Of a DNA stretch of 64,000 nucleotides, positions 20,701 to 29,709 are shown piece after piece. The stretch is from NCBI GenBank assembly GCA_050012035.1, contig JBEKHY010000003.1, forward strand, positions 104,622 through 168,621, given 5' to 3'. Made by a program: the position numbers and the translations under genes. The notes below the pieces were generated by a model. That model was given only the letters and a program-made list of their open reading frames with translations. It ran no database searches and had not been told where the DNA came from. Within the stretch, counting starts at the first letter, position 1; each line of letters begins with the position of its first letter. Origin of the DNA: Verrucomicrobiota bacterium (GTDB taxonomy: Bacteria > Verrucomicrobiota > Verrucomicrobiia > Limisphaerales > UBA11358).

Positions 20701-20721
20701 CGGCTCCTCCTGCTGCCGTAG
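11788..20721 (+). CDS. Giant secreted S8 (subtilisin-family) peptidase with P-domains, a LamG-type domain and C-terminal tandem repeats
   Basis: 2977 aa with an N-terminal signal anchor (MRSRRIILISACLLLVAGAWFF). Catalytic triad contexts: VEVNDSGID, DGHGTHVAGIIAG, GTSMSAADVSG. Proprotein-convertase P-domain-like segments (e.g. DHPRISDLVFHLITPDGTRYLL, GTWTLEIQDDRAGDAGTLLGWQLEF). LamG-like segment (LTLEAWINP...FDGTIDEPSIYNRALSASEI). Confidence 0.9.
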   Translation: MRSRRIILISACLLLVAGAWFFWPRGNGRAGSSTLRSIATEDGSNRPHKAVAPTVRSGPTVAQATPLTFLSTNNPRAAAAARARAYRFRFRLANTTKTIGELTRDPHAILLANALIDTEAKLDLAIPKNLQATGDPGAYIVQAHGPIDNAFRATLAAAGAQIVSYIPNNAYLVNLSASGANSIASEGFSVIPYEPYYKLSSSLLAAVANNQPAGELKVAAFPGTADATKTALAKIGVTVVAEETTPLGPLFVLQNVSDVTAVAQIPTVHIVEPSYKRVPANDLSRATVGVAANAQTTNNYMNLSGANVLVEVNDSGIDATHPDLLPRVSGDLPTSLVDTDGHGTHVAGIIAGNGAMSTTVSNVPGSTFGTNGFAAVGQFRGMAPAAQLISVGSLGGDTNATSDRYLQETPAQRNALISNNSWNYDGDNDYDLAAASYDAAVRDALAQVTGSQPVLFVFSAGNDGNGDDTDSSPNGTPDSIESPATAKNVITVGAIQELRNINNQVTNADGTVTTPWFNETSTDSRVYSSSGRGNVGILTEGTYGRFKPDVVAPGTFIVSTRSSQWDIGTFFFASPTNISVGINHIAPIKPNRLGANTFPPVFTNTVQVTIQLLPNGDSPVPFPNLPIYFGLLSLTPVYDHFTTNNQVSIPLDGGLTIADILNTESIYGDSYAFYYAISNSTSEPITMDVVTEIFTTNNPGNSQLVLSNLNQFIGTPNPNSTGPGPYYRYETGTSMSAADVSGVLALIDDYFTNTLRTVPSPALLKALLINGARPTQGYNLLVQNNNNPEGWGLISLPDSLPSGVTNVSGPNASCSSFFIDQSPTNALATGDRHTFLVSVNPTNGAQAYPLRVTLAWTDPPGDPAAAVKLVNNLDLVVTNLDNPANPVIFYGNDIGASSSFPFNNAHGTNDPANFDNINNIENVFISSQPQLGTNYSITVIGRGVNVNAVTAQTNNIVQDFALVISCGEGEVTNAMTVTDAGIATSPTSDQQINFLVATNSPLLNQFVGASSPLLGTNTILTGTNFGFAPNAILTLGQTNQWHFYVITNTLGYSNAAFITFLPDTLSIPRMGVFADSTANATTPEADIDVYVTTDSGLTNLNPVTISNCVHGTQVGLSVGIPPVFNGASLSRGGTEFVADTNSQPQEIYYIGVQSESQMASEYDFLPIFSQTPFSTLNNGVQTVNGQLLPVNIPDGNLPHPGIAYIFGLAIYPMTANQVIANDAIVHTNYGDLIGTLNHNGVRTVLNNHDEFGGAPGPFTFSYDDFPGGTNRASDGPGSLLNFTGKEGIGPWMLVEADTHPTQAGYVSNYSLTITPHQNAANGIYITLQPGQSYRDYIDAPVGYTSFTVFATNLPPPLPAPMQLFVEPVPNVVPPLPPATDTNELGPAGLTNGVIPGNSLSVGPPLTPGRYWYVVYNPLGNPLATTTNLYILAKLNFSQSAITTVDYRSSGPVPILDDAVSYSIINVPNTDTIQDFNVGLRVDHPRISDLVFHLITPDGTRYLLMENRGGTSTNGCGATITNSFFAPASSSGSYQPSTNVIDTGETAGSFTVNYNFFPVPDEMEIFYEGTVLTNTGFISGPGQFNLNFGPGTSTQITVVMNPNSNPIQATYWTYTVSGSQTHFLYLAFTENTNLTTTPIKYAPPPFVPVYFTTNFTLGDFDFAAAGDYVAPTNVAGWGVTTNQVSVVNDPPNAPVGNQFLALVLGTITTNLPTIPGVTYTLSYNYRGPGVVGWWRGENTTTNELAGVNDGIGNPTYGAGKVGNGFVISDANAYVEIPASSSLDVGSGPGLTLEAWINPTDVTSGAIHPVFEWNDAINAQTTGLSGVYLWVTSPGVLTANLVDANTDSTNVFQTGPNAISANAFQHVALTYNQTTGVAILYTNGVAAASTNLVIVPQTSYNLWLGYNPGNPLGMASDHPAVFDGTIDEPSIYNRALSASEIKAIYTLGGAGKFFQSSEVSAPENLAVASVTIPGVGTSVIYGNNTTWQSGGATFTAAWTQTPVTISGIEPGILLDDFSLSGAKGGNLYYQPEEDMSAINGTSAKGTSGKGTWTLEIQDDRAGDAGTLLGWQLEFLFANTNVIPPPPTLIGGQPQTNVIPPGGFAYFGVLVPANADIATNILLFSTGPVNLWFNSNNLPVGASPPDYLLMGTATNGVSILTTTSVPTNIVPGSIYYLGVQNPNSYTVTNAIEVDFHYLTAASPPIVISGIMATNIGGKFGFLLTWYAPTNDIFMVQWTGSLNPPVTWNTFTNIITYTSLTPTNGIGFFEFFDDGSQTGGFGPQRFYRLLLIAQSLINGQTYTIAPGATNFFSVNVPTNADFATNSLLFATGPLNIWFDTNAPPTTDVFLFSGTSGSYILSTTGTPPLVPGGTYYLGVQNTNSFSVTYALAVDFHLLLPPPPIFISGITYTNIGGTNGFLLTWYAPTNDIFMVQWTGSLNPPVAWNTFTNIITYTGPPPPPTNGIGLFSFFDDGSQTGGFGPQRFYRLLLVGSLAGGVPQTNSVLTGGLDYFRVNVPTNADFATNTLLFAGAPVNVWFATNPPPATNVFLFSGTNGSYTLSTTGTPPLVPGGTYWLIVQNTNSFTVTYGLEVDFHLLLAPPPIFISGITYTNIGGTNGFLLTWLAPTNDVFQVQWSDTLSPANWQFFTNFIYYTGPPTPTNGWFSFFDDGSQTGGFGPQRFYRLLLVGSLAGGVPQTNSVATGGLDYFRVNVPTNADFATNTLLFAGAPVNVWFATNPPPATNLFLFSGTNGSYTLSTTGTPPLVPGGTYWLIVQNPKSFTVTYGLEVDFHLQTAANIPITVSGITFTNLNGTNGFLLTWLAPTNDVFQVQWSDTLSPANWQFFTNFIYYTGPPTPTNGWFSFFDDGSQTPPGLPPARYYRIVLAGSGASTHTNAVFLSSVVSTNMTGTNGFWLTWSAPTNYLFEVQWTTNLVPVVTWRTFPDIIGYSTLVGPSNSLFNFFDNGAQGGLGPLKFYRLLLLP
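18040..20425 (+). repeat. Tandem array of four ~196-199-aa units inside the S8 gene, plus a partial fifth module at 20440-20718
   Basis: The string cagaccggcgggtttggcccccagcgcttttaccgg occurs at 18604, 19201 and 19789, giving spacings of 597 and 588 nt. Units 3 and 4 share long nucleotide-identical runs. Each unit ends in ...FFDDGSQTGGFGPQRFYRLLL. Confidence 0.9.
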
Positions 20722-20965
20722 CCAGGCGTTTTCCGAGCTGGTGCATTTTTTGAGCGGGTACAGACGCGGCCATGTTCCGAAGGAACATTTGAGGATAGCC
20801 CGGCATTTTAACCCCGACATCGGTTGTCGGGGTCAAACGCCGGGTTACCCTCAGGAAATCCCTGCGAGCCTACACCAGGTTTGCCATTACACGTTGTCCC
20901 CAAATTGGGTCGTGTATCGCTAGAGTGTTGCCGGAAGCCCTGAAATTGGGCTTGCGGAAACGGAT

Positions 20966-21208
20966 GTGTTTCGCAAGAGTGGCCAATCTATGACTGCAAC
21001 CAATGAAGATTTGACTAAAGCCGTTCTCGCGCTTTCCAGCCTTATGGCAACTGTGCTAGAGATGCAGGCGACAATGGCGGGGATTGTGACGCCTTTGGCG
21101 TCAAATCTGAACGGGAAGGAGAAAGCAGATTTACTATACGCCGTGCAAGAAGGTCGTACTCTTGCAGCCGGGTTACGAGAGACTGCCAAACAATTGGCAG
21201 AGTCGTAA
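20966..21208 (+). CDS. Hypothetical small protein (transposon passenger)
   Basis: 80-aa ORF inside the IS. No recognisable motif. An alternative start at 20990 is possible. Confidence 0.35.
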   Translation: MFRKSGQSMTATNEDLTKAVLALSSLMATVLEMQATMAGIVTPLASNLNGKEKADLLYAVQEGRTLAAGLRETAKQLAES

Positions 21209-21343
21209 CCGTGCGGTTTGAATCTACTTTCAATCTGTCTTGATTGTCCATTTGTTGTTTCACCTCCTTTCATTGGGAAAAAATTTCTCATGGCGAACGC
21301 AGAACATTTTTGGGCGCGGAAATCAATCATAATTTACCCTTTC

Positions 21344-22306
21344 TTATTGACTCGTTGCATTGTCAATCAGTTCTTCAATTGTCCATGCCCTGTCCGTCAA
21401 GCCTACGCCGTGCGCTGGCGTTGTGCCGAGCGTATGATGAATTTTGCAAAAGTTGTAAGCGGCAACGAACAGACTGACGGCGTGCCGATGATTGGTCAGC
21501 TTGCGTGAATAGCCTAAACCCAAACGGGCAAAGCGTTTGTTGAAGTGGCGGACAGACAGATTGGCGCGTTCAACAAATGACGTGCTGATTCTGTCCGCGC
21601 GCGGCGCTCCGGCGCGAATCCGCACGCGAACGCCCGTGCAACGTGGCGGCGAATATCGCCGTTGCGCCTCCACGCGCTCATTGAGCGGCGTCTCGTAAAT
21701 CTTTTGCATGGTGGCAAAGTCCAAGCGTTCCAATAGATATTTCCTGATGATAAATGGATAGGAACGCCATGAATCGGTTGTGATTTGAATGCGGCCAGCA
21801 ATCCGCGCGGCCACATCCGCGATAAAGGTGTCCGTGTTGTCAAAATCACGTTTGCCGGTGTGATAGCTGACAATGAATTTCTCGCGCGCGGTGACGGCAA
21901 GATAGGTGTATTGGTCGCCGCGCTCCACATGGCTTTTAATCGTTTGCCGTTGGCTCGCTCCGACGCGCGCCCACAGTTCGTCTATTTGCAAAGAACCAAT
22001 TGTGAGATTGCGGACAACTCTATCGTGAAACGCATCGCACTTTTGCCCGACTGTTGCCAACACATTTAAGACCGTGTTTGGAATGCAATTTACCAGGCGC
22101 GCAGTCCCGCGAACGCCAACGCCCTCGGTCAAGAGCTTGATGATCTGAACCGCTTTGTCGTGGTCAATCCGCAAATCGTCCAACGGTTGCGCGGCGGAAA
22201 ATGATTTGCCGCATCGCAGACATTGGAAACGTTGCACCATACGATTTTTATTCCGATATGTTCCTGACTTTTTACTCTCACCGCCACAACAACAACACGT
22301 CGTCAT
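21344..22306 (-). CDS. IS1-family-like DDE transposase
   Basis: 320 aa. N-terminal Cys-rich zinc finger (CCCCGG...FQCLRCGKSF). DDE-context motifs IDELW, ITTDSWRSY and TSFVERANLSVRHFNKRFARLGLGYSRKLTNH...YNFCKIHHTLGTTPA, as in single-ORF IS1-type transposases. Confidence 0.8.
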   Translation of the reverse strand: MTTCCCCGGESKKSGTYRNKNRMVQRFQCLRCGKSFSAAQPLDDLRIDHDKAVQIIKLLTEGVGVRGTARLVNCIPNTVLNVLATVGQKCDAFHDRVVRNLTIGSLQIDELWARVGASQRQTIKSHVERGDQYTYLAVTAREKFIVSYHTGKRDFDNTDTFIADVAARIAGRIQITTDSWRSYPFIIRKYLLERLDFATMQKIYETPLNERVEAQRRYSPPRCTGVRVRIRAGAPRADRISTSFVERANLSVRHFNKRFARLGLGYSRKLTNHRHAVSLFVAAYNFCKIHHTLGTTPAHGVGLTDRAWTIEELIDNATSQ

Positions 22307-22541
22307 TTTTAGCTCGACTTTCTTCGGCCAAAACTCTAACGTGCCCTTGTATCTGCAAGGATATGCAATCAGTTAGGTCTTTGGCCTACGGTTGCGCCCT
22401 GCCGGTGCTTAGAACCACTGACAGGGCATGATTTTAGTTTTGTTCTTTGGGATTAGGGCGCGGTGTCTTGCGCGAATGAAACGCAATTAACCGTTACGGC
22501 TTGTTCAGCCCCGCGTCCGTTCTCGAAAACTGGTTGTTTGA

Positions 22542-22615
22542 ATGGCTGGACAGGAATTGAACCTGTATCTTGCCCCTTCGCATGAGGCTGCTCTGTCCAT
22601 TTGAGCTACCAGCCC
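22542..22615 (-). tRNA. tRNA-Arg (anticodon GCG), located inside the transposon
   Basis: The reverse complement folds by hand into a cloverleaf: GGGCTGG-TA-GCTC-AAATGGACA-GAGC-A-GCCTC-ATGCGAA-GGGGC-AAGAT-ACAGG-TTCAATT-CCTGT-CCAGCCA-T. Position 1:72 is a G:A mismatch and no CCA is encoded. Confidence 0.75.
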
Positions 22616-22647
22616 TTCCCCGGCGGCAGTAACCCGCCGGGGAAATT

Positions 22648-23043
22648 TTATCCGGCCATTTCTGCCTTTCGTTTGTAGGTTCGGTTTCCTTCACCATCGG
22701 TCGTGATGATGATGAAACCCACCTTGCCAAGCCGGGTCAAAACGGTGCTTATCGCCGAACCGAAAATTCGCTGGCGAGTGTCAAAGCCGCGACTTTGCAG
22801 AAGCTCCCGAACCCTAGCCGTGCAAAACACCTGCTCCGGTTCGGCGTCAAATATGTTTCTCACGGCCTCGGTTATTCCAAACGGAGTAGTTACACCGTTT
22901 TGGCTAGTTGGTGATTGTGTGATTGAATCGTAGCGCCGTTGCGCTGATTCGAGCCGGGCAATGATTTTACCAAGCTCTTTGCAACGCAGTTCGTGCTTAA
23001 CCAATTCAGACCTTACTTGTTCTAATGTTATTGTGTTTTTCAT
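22648..23043 (-). CDS. Hypothetical protein, possibly winged-helix (transposon passenger)
   Basis: 131 aa from ATG 23043; the track ORF starts at 23085. AT-rich. The C-terminal part (AISTVLTRLGKVGFIIITTDGEGNRTYKRK) looks wHTH-like, which is a weak inference. Confidence 0.45.
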   Translation of the reverse strand: MKNTITLEQVRSELVKHELRCKELGKIIARLESAQRRYDSITQSPTSQNGVTTPFGITEAVRNIFDAEPEQVFCTARVRELLQSRGFDTRQRIFGSAISTVLTRLGKVGFIIITTDGEGNRTYKRKAEMAG

Positions 23044-23250
23044 TTCAACATCCGCCAAGCATACTGTGGCAATAACGTCAATCATGTTTATTCAATTCCA
23101 ATCACAAGTGATTGCAAATCAAATAGAAATAGATTTAACTACACTCTGGCGATACACGACCCCAAATTGAGGTGCGCCCGTGTTTTTCTTTGCTTTCCCG
23201 GCCGTTTGGGATAGCCTCTTCCTTTTGTTGAAAGCGAGAAATTCGCGGCC

Positions 23251-26280
<3,030 letters not shown>

Positions 26281-26290
26281 ATCAGCATTT

Positions 26291-26992
26291 ATGAAAATTG
26301 CCTTGTTCGGCCTCACTGGAATCAAATTGGGCATACACAACCTCAAAGATCCCCGCCTCGATGAGGCCGACAAACTGGTTGAGGCGCAGAAGAAAACCCA
26401 CGCGCAGGTGGAGGTGGTGGGCGACGACCAGCTCCTGGACGCCGACGCGATTCTCGTGTCGCCGGAAGGCCGGGCGGATATCATCTTGAAAGACCTGGAA
26501 TTTGTGGAAACGCGCCTGGGGCGCGACCCGCAACCGGCCGAGCGTCAGGCATTGGAAAAAATCCAGGCGCTCCTCGAACAGGAGAAATTTGTTTTCAACT
26601 CCGGTCTGGCACCGGCGGACCTGCAGGCCGTCGCCGCGCGCCATTTTTTCACCGCCAAACCGGTTGTGACAGCCGAACCGCCGGAGATGAAAAATCCCAA
26701 CGCACTGCTGCTGCGCGCGTTTGCCGAAGCCGGCTACATCTGTTTTCTCACTGTCGGCGGCAAGGAAAACCGGGCCTGGCCGATCCGCAAGGGCATCACG
26801 GCCTGGGAAGCCGGCGGCACGATTCACACGGACATTCAGAAAGGTTTCATCCGCGCGGAAATCATCAGCTACACGGATTTTGTCGCGGCGGGCGGCGAAA
26901 CGCAGGCCAAGCGCGCCGGCAAAATGCGGCTGGAAGCAAAGCAATATGTCATGCAGGACTACGACCTGACCAACTTCCGGTTCAACAAGTAA
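26291..26992 (+). CDS. YchF-like protein with conserved C-terminal (DUF933/TGS-like) domain and a degenerate N-terminal P-loop
   Basis: 233 aa from ATG 26291. The C-terminus (FLTVGGKENRAWPIRKGITAWEAGGTIHTDIQKGFIRAEIISYTDF...RLEAKQYVMQDYDLTNFRFN) matches the YchF C-terminal domain. The N-terminus (MKIALFGLTGIKLG) lacks GxxxxGKS/T. Confidence 0.75.
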   Translation: MKIALFGLTGIKLGIHNLKDPRLDEADKLVEAQKKTHAQVEVVGDDQLLDADAILVSPEGRADIILKDLEFVETRLGRDPQPAERQALEKIQALLEQEKFVFNSGLAPADLQAVAARHFFTAKPVVTAEPPEMKNPNALLLRAFAEAGYICFLTVGGKENRAWPIRKGITAWEAGGTIHTDIQKGFIRAEIISYTDFVAAGGETQAKRAGKMRLEAKQYVMQDYDLTNFRFNK

Positions 26993-27053
26993 GCGCCGAG
27001 CCGCTTTCATTTCCCGCTTTTTTCACTGCTCAGCGTTGATTAGATTCGGGCGC

Positions 27054-29666
27054 ATGGCATTCCGCTGGCGATGGCCTTTAGTCTTGGGCGCGCTCATTTT
27101 GAGCGGCGGGCAACTCGTCGCCGCCGGCACAAAAGAGCAGCGCGCCTACGCCGCCGCCGTGGGCGCGTTTCAGGATGAAATGTGGAGCCGGGCGGAGACG
27201 GAGTTTGCGCAGTTCGTCCAAAAATATCCGAAATCCACCAACGCGCCGGAGGCCGTGTTGTTGCAGGCGCAGGCGCAGTTCAAGCAGGGAAAACTGGCGC
27301 AGGCCATCACGTTGCTCAGTGTGCGCCAGGCCGGGGCCGGCCTGCTCGCCGACCAATACGTTTATTGGATTGGCGGAGCGCAGTTTCAAAACCGGGATCC
27401 GGCGGCCGCGGCGGAGACGTTCATTTCGCTGGCGCGCGATTTCCCCGAATCATCCCTGCGGCTCCGGGCGGTGGTGGAGGCGGCGGCGGCGCGCGCGGAA
27501 CTCGGCCAATGGCCGCAGGTGAGCGCGCTGTTGCAGGAGACCAATGGCGTGTTTCAGCGCGCGGCGCAATTGGACCCGGTCAATGAGCTCGTCACCCGCG
27601 GGCGCCTGCTGCTGGCTCAGGCGGCGTTGGCACAAAAGGATTTTGCCGGCGCGGCGGCGACCCTCGCGTCCGTGAACTCACAGGCCCTCGGGCCGGACCT
27701 GGGCTGGCAACTGGCGTATCTGGTCTATCAGGTCAGGCTGGCCATGGGTGACACCAACGCGGCGCTGGCCGCCACCACCAACCAGCTGCAGATTGCGCGG
27801 CCGGGGCATGACGAATCCCTGCGCGCGGAGAGCGTGACGTTGCACGCGAGTTTGCTGGAGCGACTGGGATTAAAGGCCGAAGCCCTGGCCGCCTATCAGG
27901 AAAATCTGACGAACGCGCCGGTGGACCGGCAACGGCAGGCGGTTTTGAAAATCACAGAGCTGGCCATTGCCCAAAACCAGTTTGCCACCGCTGAGGACTC
28001 GCTGCGGAGTTTCATCACCCGGTTTCCGGATTCTCCGGCGGCGGACGTTGCGTTGCTGTCGCTGGGCGAATTGCATTTGAAGGATTACGTGGCGCACCCG
28101 GCGGCCACGAATCAGCTGCAGGAGGCCCAGGCGCGGTTCAACCAGTTTCTCGGCACGTTCACGAACAGCCCGCTCGCGGGCCGGGCCGACCTGGACCGCG
28201 GCTGGTGCCTGTGGCTGGACGGCCAGACCAATGCGAGTCTCGCGGCCTTTCGCAGCGCGGCCAACCGCCTGCCGCCATCGGAGGACCTGGCGGTGGCCCG
28301 GTTCAAACTGGGCGACGCGCTGTTTGCAACGGGCGATTTCGCGGGCGCGCGGACAAATTACGAGGCGGTGTCGGAGGAATTCACGAACTTTCCCAACGTG
28401 GGCCGGACGCTGGGCGCCCAGGCGCTTTACCAGACGTTGCGCGCCTGCATGAAGTTGGAGGACATGGCGGGCGCGAGCAACGCTTTGGCGCAAATCCTGA
28501 AAATTTATCCGACCAGCGGCCTGGCCGATAACAGCCTGTTGTTGTTCGGCGAAGGACTGTCGGATCTGAATCAGCCGGTCAGGGCGCGGGCCGTGTTTCA
28601 GCGGTTTGAAACCCTGTCTCCGAACTCACCACTGCGGCCGGAGGCGGAGCTGGCCGTGGCGCGCACCTGCGAACAGGAACAAAACTGGCCGGCGGCCATC
28701 GGCCGATACGAAAAGTGGCTGAAAGATTTCCCCACCAACACGCTGCGGCCGCAGGCGGATTATGCGCTGGCGTGGGCGAATTTCCAGGCGGGAAATGAAA
28801 CAAACGCGTTCCTGCTGTTCACCAACTTTGTCGCCCAATTCCCGACGAACAACCTCGCGCCGCGGGCGCAATGGTGGGTGGCCGATCATTTCTTCCGCGC
28901 GGATGATTACGTGAACGCGGAGAAAAATTACAAGTTCATCTACCAGAATTTTCCGCCCATGGACCTCGCTTATCCGGCACGCATGATGGCCGGTCGCGCC
29001 GCCGTGGCGCGGCAGGGTTATTCGGACGCCATCCGCGATTATTTCAGCAAGCTGGAGGAGGACACCAATTGCCCCATGGCCTTGCGGGTGCAGGCCACGT
29101 TCGCCCACGGCGCGGCGCTGATGCGCATGGACTCCGCCGACACGAACAATCCGCTGGCCAATTTCCAGCTCGCCACCAATATCTTCAGCCAGATTTGCCT
29201 GTTGTATCCCACCAACGAGCTGGGCGCCCTCGCGTGGGGCGAAATCGGCGATTGCAACCTGCAACTGACCAATTACGACGCGGCGACGAATGCCTACGCG
29301 CAAGTCGTCGATTCTCCGTCCGCCGACATCGCCGCGCGCAGCCAGGCACAAACCGGTTTGGGACTGGCGCTTGAAAAAAAGGCCGCCGGGCTGGCCGGCA
29401 GCGACCGGCAAGCACTGCTTGACCTGGCACTGAAGAATTATCTGGATGTCTTCTACGAAAACAATTTGCGCGATGACGAACAGGCGGACGCATTCTGGAC
29501 CCGAAAAGCCGGTCTGCAGGCAGCGGATTTGGCCGAAGCGCTGGGGGAATGGCCGCAGGCAATCAGGATTTATCAACGCCTCGAAACGTTGCTGCCATCG
29601 CTGACGGATTCGCTCGAAAAGAAAATTGCCGCCACGCAGGCACATTTAGCGCCGGTCCAAAAGTGA
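27054..29666 (+). CDS. Secreted tetratricopeptide-repeat protein
   Basis: ~870 aa with a signal-like N-terminus (MAFRWRWPLVLGALILSGGQLVAAG). Repeated TPR-like A/L/Y-rich helices, with recurring ...FP.S.LA..A motifs as in YbgF-type TPR proteins. Confidence 0.85.
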   Translation: MAFRWRWPLVLGALILSGGQLVAAGTKEQRAYAAAVGAFQDEMWSRAETEFAQFVQKYPKSTNAPEAVLLQAQAQFKQGKLAQAITLLSVRQAGAGLLADQYVYWIGGAQFQNRDPAAAAETFISLARDFPESSLRLRAVVEAAAARAELGQWPQVSALLQETNGVFQRAAQLDPVNELVTRGRLLLAQAALAQKDFAGAAATLASVNSQALGPDLGWQLAYLVYQVRLAMGDTNAALAATTNQLQIARPGHDESLRAESVTLHASLLERLGLKAEALAAYQENLTNAPVDRQRQAVLKITELAIAQNQFATAEDSLRSFITRFPDSPAADVALLSLGELHLKDYVAHPAATNQLQEAQARFNQFLGTFTNSPLAGRADLDRGWCLWLDGQTNASLAAFRSAANRLPPSEDLAVARFKLGDALFATGDFAGARTNYEAVSEEFTNFPNVGRTLGAQALYQTLRACMKLEDMAGASNALAQILKIYPTSGLADNSLLLFGEGLSDLNQPVRARAVFQRFETLSPNSPLRPEAELAVARTCEQEQNWPAAIGRYEKWLKDFPTNTLRPQADYALAWANFQAGNETNAFLLFTNFVAQFPTNNLAPRAQWWVADHFFRADDYVNAEKNYKFIYQNFPPMDLAYPARMMAGRAAVARQGYSDAIRDYFSKLEEDTNCPMALRVQATFAHGAALMRMDSADTNNPLANFQLATNIFSQICLLYPTNELGALAWGEIGDCNLQLTNYDAATNAYAQVVDSPSADIAARSQAQTGLGLALEKKAAGLAGSDRQALLDLALKNYLDVFYENNLRDDEQADAFWTRKAGLQAADLAEALGEWPQAIRIYQRLETLLPSLTDSLEKKIAATQAHLAPVQK

Positions 29667-29706
29667 CGTGCCGGTTTTTGTCACCGGTCACGGGTTCCCC
29701 GTCACT
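29659..29706 (+). repeat. GTGAC/GTCAC element between convergent TPR and mgtA genes
   Basis: aaaagtgacgtgccggtttttgtcaccggtcacgggttccccgtcac. Confidence 0.6.
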
Positions 29707-29709
29707 CGT

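Larger units (their letters stand above)
20908..23161. mobile_element. IS1-family-like transposon carrying passenger genes (two small ORFs and a tRNA)
   Basis: Terminal inverted repeats GGTCGTGTATCGCTAGAGTGT (20908-20928) and ACACTCTGGCGATACACGACC (23141-23161) match at 20/21 positions. Flanked by the direct repeat CCAAATTG at 20900-20907 and 23162-23169. The interior is visibly AT-richer than the flanks and encodes a DDE transposase. Confidence 0.85.

Noticed and set aside
20772-20833. Two hairpins after the giant protease stop (ATGTTCC-gaa-GGAACAT and ACCCCGACA-tcggt-TGTCGGGGT) as terminators.
   Set aside because: The stems are good but neither has a following T-run, so I cannot call an intrinsic terminator.
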